Shown here piece by piece: positions 54,501 through 64,000 of a stretch of 64,000 nucleotides of DNA. The stretch is taken from NCBI GenBank assembly GCA_964057225.1, contig OZ059896.1, positions 930,001 through 994,000 of the forward strand, given 5' to 3'. How positions within the stretch are numbered: position 1 is the first letter of the stretch; each line of letters begins with the position of its first letter. The translations under genes and the position numbers were made by a program. The stretch is from Auanema rhodensis. Lineage: Eukaryota; Animalia; Nematoda. The notes under the pieces are model-generated. The model ran no database searches. It saw only the letters and a list, made by a program, of their open reading frames with translations, and was not told the DNA's origin.

Positions 54501-55650
54501 TTTTTCAAACGATCATAACTAATTTTTGTATTAAGCTTTTCTCAATGTAGTATAGTGCATTCAATGCGCATTTTCAAGCTGTGTAGATCTGTGTTATCAG
54601 ATTTGCGCTAGCTTGAAAATGCACCGAGATATCAACTGATATAAGTTCACACTTATATCCTCGATTTTCACCCTGAAGAATTAATTTTTTCGTTGAATTA
54701 CATTGTCCATCGTTTTTGCCTTGAAAAAAGGAATCTAAAAACATCTACTTTTTGCTAAATTATTTTGAAATTTTTCGAAACAATTTTTGTCAAATTGTTT
54801 TTGGAAGCAATTTTGAGTGTACATGGAAACTCAACATACACTAATGCATCATTTTTCAAACGATCATAACTTATTTTTGTATTAAGTTTTTCTCAATGTA
54901 GTATAGTGCATCCGATGCGCATTTTTAAGCTGTGTAGATCTGTGTTATCAGATTTGCGCTAGCTTAAAAATTCACCGAGATATCAACTGATACAAGTTCA
55001 CACTTATATCCTCGATTTTCACCCTGAAGAATTAATTTTTTCGTTGAATAACATTGTCCATTGTTTTTGCCTTGAAAAAAGGAATCTAAAAACATCTACT
55101 TTTTGCTAAATTATTTTGAAATTTTTCGAAAAAATTTTTGTCAAAATGTTTTTGGAAGCAATTTTGAGTGTACATGGAAACTCAACATACACTAATGCAT
55201 CATTTTTCAAACGATCATAACTAATTTTTGTATTAAGCTTTTCACAATGTAGTATAGTGCATTCAATGCGCATTTTTAAGCTGTGTAGATCTGTGTTATC
55301 AGATTTGCGCTAGCTTGAAAATGCACCGAGATATCAACTGATATAAGTTCACACTTATATCCTCGATTTTCACCCTGAAGAATTAATTTTTTCGTTGAAT
55401 AACATTTTCCATCGTTTTTGCTCTGAAAAAAGGAATCTAAAAACATCTACTTTTTGCTAAATTACTTTGAAATTTTTCGAAAAAAATTTTGACAAAATGT
55501 TTTTGGAAGCAATTTTGAGTGTACATGGAAACTCAACATACACTAATGCATCATTTTTCAAACGATCATAACTAATTTTTTTATTAAGCTTTTCTCATTG
55601 TAGTATAATGCAATCGATGCGGAATTTTAAGCTGCGTCGATCTGTGTTAT
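51540..55650. repeat. Partial higher-order repeat of satellite B with 8-monomer offset (2807 bp)
   Basis: AAATTTTACGAAAA at 51611/54418, AACTTATTTTTGTATTAAGTTTT at 52061/54868 and TGATACAAG at 52181/54988. Boundaries are approximate. Confidence 0.8.
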
Positions 55651-58600
55651 CAGATTTCCGCTAGCTTGAAAATGCACCGAGATATCAACTGATATAAGTT
55701 CACACTTATATCCTCGATTTTCACCCTGAAGAATTAATTTTTTTGTTGAATAACATTGTCCATCGTTTTTGCCTTGAAAAAAGGAATCTAAAAACATCTA
55801 CTTTTTGCTAAATTATTTTGAAATTTTTCGAAAAAATTTTTGTCAAAATGTTTTTGGAAGCAATTTTGAGTGTACATGGAAACTCAACATACACTAATGC
55901 ATCATTTTCCAAACGATCATAACTAATTTTTGTATTAAGCTTTTCTTAATGTAGTATAGTACATTCGATGCGGATTTTTAAGCTGCGTCGATCTGTGTTA
56001 TCAGATTTCCGCTAGCTTAAAAAGGCACCGAGATATCAACTGATATAAGTTCACACTTATATCCTCGATTTTCACCCTGAAAAATTAATTTTTTCGTTGA
56101 ATAACATTGTCCATCGTTTTTGCTTTGAAAAAAGGAATCTAAAAACATCTACTTTTTGCTAAATTACTTTGAAATTTTTCGAAAAAAATTTTGTCAAAAT
56201 GTTTTTGGAAGCAATTTTGAGTGTACATGGAAACTCAACATACACTAATGCATCATTTTTCAAACGATCATAACTAATTTTTGTATTAAGCTTTTCACAA
56301 TGTAGTATAGTGCATTCAATGCGCATTTTTAAGCTGTGTAGATCTGTGTTATCAGATTTGCGCTAGCTTGAAAATGCACCGAGATATCAACTGATATAAG
56401 TTCACACTTATATCCTCGATTTTCACCCTGAAGAATTAATTTTTTCGTTGAATAACATTTTCCATCGTTTTTGCTTTGAAAAAAGGAATCTAAAAACATC
56501 TACTTTTTGCTAAATTACTTTGAAATTTTTCGAAAAAAATTTTGACAAAATGTTTTTGGAAGCAATTTTGAGTGTACATGGAAACTCAACATACACTAAT
56601 GCATCATTTTTCAAACGATCATAACTAATTTTTTTATTAAGCTTTTCTCATTGTAGTATAATGCAATCGATGCGGAATTTTAAGCTGCGTCGATCTGTGT
56701 TATCAGATTTCCGCTAGCTTGAAAATGCACCGAGATATCAACTGATATAAGTTCACACTTATATCCTCGATTTTCACCCTGAAGAATTAATTTTTTCGTT
56801 GAATAACATTGTCCATCGTTTTTGCCTTGAAAAAAGGAATCTAAAAACATCTACTTTTTTCTAAATTATTTTGAAATTTTTCGAAAAAATTTTTGTCAAA
56901 ATGTTTTTGGAAGCAATTTTGAGTGTACATGGAAACTCAACATACACTAATGCATCATTTTTCAAACGATCATAACTAATTTTTTTATTAAGCTTTTCTC
57001 ATTGTAGTATAATGCAATCGATGCGGAATTTTAAGCTGCGTCGATCTGTGTTATCAGATTTCCGCCAGCTTGAAAAAGCACCGAGATATCAACTGATATA
57101 AGTTCACACTTATATCCTCGATTTTCACCCTGAAGAATTAATTTTTTTGTTGAATAACATTGTCCATCGTTTTTGCCTTGAAAAAAGGAATCTAAAAACA
57201 TCTACTTTTTGCTAAATTATTTTGAAATTTTTCGAAAAAATTTTTGTCAAAATGTTTTTGGAAGCAATTTTGAGTGTACATGGAAACTCAACATACACTA
57301 ATGCATCATTTTCCAAACGATCATAACTAATTTTTGTATTAAGCTTTTCTTAATGTAGTATAGTACATTCGATGCGGATTTTTAAGCTGCGTCGATCTGT
57401 GTTATCAGATTTCCGCTAGCTTAAAAAGGCACCGAGATATCAACTGATATAAGTTCACACTTATATCCTCGATTTTCACCCTGAAAAATTAATTTTTTCG
57501 TTGAATAACATTGTCCATCGTTTTTGCTTTGAAAAAAGGAATCTAAAAACATCTACTTTTTGCTAAATTATTTTGAAATTTTTCGAAAAAAATTTTGTCA
57601 AAATGTTTTTGGAAGCAATTTTGAGTGTACATGGAAACTCAACATACACTAATGCATCATTTTTCAAACGATCATAACTAATTTTTTTAATAAGCTTTTC
57701 TCATTGTAGTATAATGCAATCGATGCGGAATTTTAAGCTGCGTCGATCTGTGTTATCAGATTTCCGCTAGCTTGAAAATGCACCGAGATATCAACTGATA
57801 TAAGTTCACACTTATATCCTCGATTTTCACCCTGAAGAATTAATTTTTTCGTTGAATAACATTGTCCATCGTTTTTGCCTTGAAAAAAGGAATCTAAAAA
57901 CATCTACTTTTTTCTAAATTATTTTGAAATTTTTCGAAAAAATTTTTGTCAAAATGTTTTTGGAAGCAATTTTGAGTGTACATGGAAACTCAACATACAC
58001 TAATGCATCATTTTTCAAACGATCATAACTAATTTTTTTATTAAGCTTTTCTCATTGTAGTATAATGCAATCGATGCGGAATTTTAAGCTGCGTCGATCT
58101 GTGTTATCAGATTTCCGCCAGCTTGAAAAAGCACCGAGATATCAACTGATATAAGTTCACACTTATATCCTCGATTTTCACCCTGAAGAATTAATTTTTT
58201 CGTTGAATAACATTGTCCATCGTTTTTGCCTTGAAAAAAGGAATCTAAAAACATCTACTTTTTGCTAAATTATTTTGAAATTTTTCGAAAAAATTTTTGT
58301 CAAAATGTTTTTGGAAGCAATTTTGAGTGTACATGGAAACTCAACATACACTAATGCATCATTTTCCAAACGATCATAACTAATTTTTGTATTAAGCTTT
58401 TCTTAATGTAGTATAGTGCATTCGATGCGGATTTTTAAGCTGCGTCGATCTGTGTTATCAGATTTCCGCTAGCTTAAAAAGGCACCGAGATATCAACTGA
58501 TATAAGTTCACACTTATATCCTCGATTTTCACCCTGAAAAATTAATTTTTTCGTTGAATAACATTGTCCATCGTTTTTGCCTCAAAAAAAGGAATCTGAA

Positions 58601-59427
58601 AACATCTACTTTTCGCTAAATTATTTTGAAATTTTTCGAAAAAATTTTTGTCAAAATGTTTTTGGAAGCAATTTTGAGTGTACATGGAAACTCAACATAC
58701 ACTAATGCATCATTTTTCAAACGATCATAACTAATTTTTGTATTAAGCGTTTCTCAATGTAGTATAGTGCATTCGATGCGGATTTTTAAGCTGCGTCGAT
58801 CTGTACTATCAGATTTGCGCTAGCTTGAAAATGCACCGAGATATGAACTGATATAAGTTCACACTTATATCCTCGATTTTCACCCTGAAGAATTAATTTT
58901 TTCGTTGAATTACATTGTCCTTCGTTTTTGCCTTGAAAATAGGAATCTGAAAACATCTACTTTTCGCTAAATTATTTTGAAATTTTTCGAAAAAATTTTT
59001 GTCAAAATGTTTTTGGAAGCAATTTTGAGTGTACATGGAAACTCAACATACACTAATGCATCATTTTTCAAACGATCATAACTAATTTTGGTATTAAGCG
59101 TTTCTCAATGTAGTATAGTGCATTCGATGCGGATTTTTAAGCTGCGTCGATCTGTGTTATCAGATTTGCGCTAGCTGAAAAATGCACCGAGATATCAACT
59201 GATATAAGTTCACACTTATATTTTCGATGTTCACCCTGAAGAATTAATTTTTTCGTTGAATAACATTGTCCATCGTTTTTGCCTCGAAAAAAGGAATCTA
59301 AAAACATCTACTTTTCGCTAAATTATTTTGAAATTTTCGAAAAAATTTTTGTCAAAATGTTTTTGGAAGCAATATTGAGTGTACATGGAAACTCAACATA
59401 CACTAATGCATCATTTTTCAAACGATC

Positions 59428-62400
59428 ATAACTAATTTTTGTATTAAGCGTTTCTCAATGTAGTATAGTGCATTCGATGCGGATTTTTAAGCTGCGTCGA
59501 TCTGTACTATCAGATTTGCGCTAGCTTGAAAATGCACCGAGATATCAACTGATATAAGTTCACACTTATATCCTCGATTTTCACCCTGAAGAATTAATTT
59601 TTTCGTTGAATTACATTGTCCTTCGTTTTTGCCTTGAAAAAAGGAATCTAAAAACATCTACTTTTCGCTAAATTATTTTGAAATTTTTCGAAAAAATTTT
59701 TGTCAAAATGTTTTTGGAAGCAATGTTGAGTGTACATGGAAACTCAACATACACTAATGCATCATTTTTCAAACGATCATAACTAAATTTTGTATTAAGC
59801 GTTTCTCAATGTAGTATAGTGCATTCGATGCGGATTTTTAAGCTGCGTCGATCTGTACTATCAGATTTGCGCTAGCTTGAAAATGCACCGAGATATCAAC
59901 TGATATAAGTTCACACCTATATCCTCGATTTTCACCCTGAAGAATTAATTTTTTCGTTGAATAACATTGTCCATCGTTTTTGCCTTGAAAAAAGAAATCT
60001 AAAAACATCTACTTTTCGCTAAATTATTTTGAAATTTTTCGAAAAAATTTTTGTCAAAATGTTTTTGGAAGCAATGTTGAGTGTACATGGAAACTCAACA
60101 TACACTAATGCATCATTTTTCAAACGATCATAACTAATTTTTGTATTAAGCGTTTCTCAATGTAGTATAGTGCATTCGATGCGGATTTTCAAGCTGCGTC
60201 GATCTGTACTATCAGATTTGCGCTTGCTTGAAAATGCACCGAGATATCAACTGATATAAGTTCACACTTATATCCTCGATTTTCACCCTGAAGAATTAAT
60301 TTTTTCGTTGAATAACATTGTCCATCGTTTTTGCCTCAAAAAAAGGAATCTAAAAACATCTACTTTTCGCTAAATTATTTTGAAATTTTTCGAAAAAATT
60401 TTTGTCAAAATGTTTTTGGAAGCAATGTTGAGTGTACATGGAAACTCAACATACACTAATGCATCATTTTTCAAACGATCATAACTAATTTTTGTATTAA
60501 GCGTTTCTCAATGTAGTATAGTGCATTCGATGCGGATTTTTAAGCTGCGTCGATCTGTGTTATCAAATTTCCGCTAGCTTAAAAATGCACCGAGATATCA
60601 ACTGATATAAGTTCACACTTATATCCTCGATTTTCACCCTGAAGAATTAATTTTTTCGTTGAATAACATTGTCCATCGTTTTTGCCTCGAAAAAAGGAAT
60701 CTAAAAACATCTACTTTTCGCTAAATTATTTTGAAATTTTTCGAAAAAATTTTTGTCAAAATGTTTTTGGAAGCAATTTGGAGTGTACATGGAAACTCAA
60801 CATACACTAATGCATCATTTTTCAAACGATCATAACTAATTTTTGTATTAAGCGTTTCTCAATGTAGTATAGTGCATTCGATGCGGATTTTTAAGCTGCG
60901 TCGATCTGTACTATCAGATTTGCGCTGGCTTGAAAATGCACCGAGATATCAACTGATATAAGTTCACACCTATATCCTCGATTTTCACCCTGAAGAATTA
61001 ATTTTTTCGTTGAATAACATTGTCCATCGTTTTTGCCTTGAAAAAAGGAATCTAAAAACATCTACTTTTTGCTAAATTATTTTGAAATTTTTCGAAAAAA
61101 TTTTTGTCAAAATGTTTTTGGAAGCAATTTTGAGTGTACATGGAAACTCAACATACACTAATGCATCATTTTTCAAAAGATTATAACTAATTTTTGTATT
61201 AAGCGTTTCTCAATGTAGTATAGTGCATTCGATGCGGATTTTTAAGCTGCGTCGATCTGTACTATCAGATTTGCGCTAGCTTGAAAATGCACCGAGATAT
61301 CAACTGATATAAGTTCACACTTATATCCTCGATTTTCACCCTGAAGAATTAATTTTTTCGTTGAATTACATTGTCCTTCGTTTTTGCCTTGAAAAAAGGA
61401 ATCTAAAAACATCTACTTTTCGCTAAATTATTTTGAAATTTTTCGAAAAAATTTTTGTCAAAATGTTTTTGGAAGCAATGTTGAGTGTACATGGAAACTC
61501 AACATACACTAATGCATCATTTTTCAAACGATCATAACTAAATTTTGTATTAAGCGTTTCTCAATGTAGTATAGTGCATTCGATGCGGATTTTTAAGCTG
61601 CGTCGATCTGTACTATCAGATTTGCGCTAGCTTGAAAATGCACCGAGATATCAACTGATATAAGTTCACACCTATATCCTCGATTTTCACCCTGAAGAAT
61701 TAATTTTTTCGTTGAATAACATTGTCCATCGTTTTTGCCTTGAAAAAAGAAATCTAAAAACATCTACTTTTCGCTAAATTATTTTGAAATTTTTCGAAAA
61801 AATTTTTGTCAAAATGTTTTTGGAAGCAATGTTGAGTGTACATGGAAACTCAACATACACTAATGCATCATTTTTCAAACGATCATAACTAATTTTTGTA
61901 TTAAGCGTTTCTCAATGTAGTATAGTGCATTCGATGCGGATTTTCAAGCTGCGTCGATCTGTACTATCAGATTTGCGCTTGCTTGAAAATGCACCGAGAT
62001 ATCAACTGATATAAGTTCACACTTATATCCTCGATTTTCACCCTGAAGAATTAATTTTTTCGTTGAATAACATTGTCCATCGTTTTTGCCTCAAAAAAAG
62101 GAATCTAAAAACATCTACTTTTCGCTAAATTATTTTGAAATTTTTCGAAAAAATTTTTGTCAAAATGTTTTTGGAAGCAATGTTGAGTGTACATGGAAAC
62201 TCAACATACACTAATGCATCATTTTTCAAACGATCATAACTAATTTTTGTATTAAGCGTTTCTCAATGTAGTATAGTGCATTCGATGCGGATTTTTAAGC
62301 TGCGTCGATCTGTGTTATCAAATTTCCGCTAGCTTAAAAATGCACCGAGATATCAACTGATATAAGTTCACACTTATATCCTCGATTTTCACCCTGAAGA

Positions 62401-63027
62401 ATTAATTTTTTCGTTGAATAACATTGTCCATCGTTTTTGCCTCGAAAAAAGGAATCTAAAAACATCTACTTTTCGCTAAATTATTTTGAAATTTTTCGAA
62501 AAAATTTTTGTCAAAATGTTTTTGGAAGCAATTTGGAGTGTACATGGAAACTCAACATACACTAATGCATCATTTTTCAAACGATCATAACTAATTTTTG
62601 TATTAAGCGTTTCTCAATGTAGTATAGTGCATTCGATGCGGATTTTTAAGCTGCGTCGATCTGTACTATCAGATTTGCGCTGGCTTGAAAATGCACCGAG
62701 ATATCAACTGATATAAGTTCACACCTATATCCTCGATTTTCACCCTGAAGAATTAATTTTTTCGTTGAATAACATTGTCCATCGTTTTTGCCTTGAAAAA
62801 AGGAATCTAAAAACATCTACTTTTTGCTAAATTATTTTGAAATTTTTCGAAAAAATTTTTGTCAAAATGTTTTTGGAAGCAATTTTGAGTGTACATGGAA
62901 ACTCAACATACACTAATGCATCATTTTTCAAAAGATTATAACTAATTTTTGTATTAAGCGTTTCTCAATGTAGTATAGTGCATTCGATGCGGATTTTTAA
63001 GCTGCGTCGATCTGTACTATCAGATTT
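59428..63027. repeat. 5-mer higher-order duplication of satellite B (period 1755 bp)
   Basis: Markers at offset 1755 (5x351): CGCTTGCTTG 60221/61976, TATCAAATTT 60561/62316 and TTTCAAAAGATTATA 61171/62926. Confidence 0.9.
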
Positions 63028-64000
63028 CCGCTAGCTTAAAAATGCACCGAGATATCAACTGATATAAGTTCACACTTATATCCTCGATTTTCACCCTGAA
63101 GAATTAATTTTTTCGTTGAATAACATTGTCCATCGTTTTTGCCTCGAAAAAAGGAATCTAAAAACATCTACTTTTCGCTAAATTATTTTGAAATTTTTCG
63201 AAAAAATTTTTGTCAAAATGTTTTTGGAAGCAATTTGGAGTGTACATGGAAACTCGACATACACTAATGCATCATTTTTCAAACGATCATAACTAATTTT
63301 TGTATTAAGCGTTTCTCAATGTAGTATAGTGCATTCGATGCGGATTTTTAAGCTGCGTCGATCTGTACTATCAGATTTGCGCTGGCTTGAAAATGCACCG
63401 AGATATCAACTGATATAAGTTCACACCTATATCCTCGATTTTCACCCTGAAGAATTAATTTTTTCGTTGAATAACATTGTCCTTCGTTTTTGCCTTGAAA
63501 AAAGGAATCTAAAAACATCTACTTTTCGCTAAATTATTCTGAAATTTTTCGAAAAAATTTTTGTCAAAATGTTTTTGGAAGCAATGTTGAGTGTACATGG
63601 AAACTCAACATACACTAATGCATCATTTTTCAAACGATCATAACTAAATTTTGTATTAAGCGTTTCTCAATGTAGTATAGTGCATTCGATGCGGATTTTT
63701 AAGCTGCGTCGATCTGTACTATCAGATTTGCGCTAGCTTGAAAATGCACCGAGATATCAACTGATATAAGTTCACACCTATATCCTCGATTTTCACCCTG
63801 AAGAATTAATTTTTTCGTTGAATAACATTGTCCATCGTTTTTGCCTTGAAAAAAGAAATCTAAAAACATCTACTTTTCGCTAAATTATTTTGAAATTTTT
63901 CGAAAAAATTTTTGTCAAAATGTTTTTGGAAGCAATGTTGAGTGTACATGGAAACTCAACATACACTAATGCATCATTTTTCAAACGATCATAACTAATT

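Larger units (their letters stand above)
50632..64000. repeat. Satellite array B: ~38 head-to-tail copies of a 351-bp AT-rich monomer, open at the right window edge
   Basis: TAATGCATCATTTTTCAAAC recurs at 50632, 50983, 51334 (period 351, with occasional 350-bp units). It continues uninterrupted to 64000. Confidence 0.99.

Noticed and set aside
1-64000. CRISPR array or other repeat-spacer system
   Set aside because: Whole monomers are repeated with no unique spacers, unit lengths are far outside the CRISPR range, and there are no cas genes.
1-64000. Tandem 5S rRNA, tRNA or snRNA gene arrays, and inversions or transposon insertions
   Set aside because: No conserved RNA gene sequence or convincing Pol III boxes are recognisable in either monomer. 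On reading through, all monomers are in one orientation and no foreign insert was seen.

Overview
The window is entirely non-coding tandem satellite DNA, most likely eukaryotic (peri)centromeric or other heterochromatic sequence. It holds two head-to-tail arrays that abut directly. Array A (1-50625) is about 287 copies of a 176-bp monomer (~32% GC by my count). Array B (50632-64000) is about 38 copies of a 351-bp monomer. They are joined by a 6-nt linker inside a perfect 12-bp palindrome. I see no genes, RNA genes, transposon insertions, inversions or CRISPR spacers, and the single predicted ORF is a chance product of one stop-removing SNP. The interest lies in the architecture. There are variant-defined subfamily domains, higher-order duplications of 2 to 20 monomers plus a ~22-kb-offset block, and one unequal crossover mappable to a 16-bp window. 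Both monomers are dense in dyad symmetry, several variants perfect those palindromes, array A carries ACGTGA/E-box motifs at 32-33 bp spacing, and the two monomer lengths stand in a near 1:2 ratio. I could not assign either satellite to a named family or organism from sequence alone, and I found no support for a novel gene-based system.
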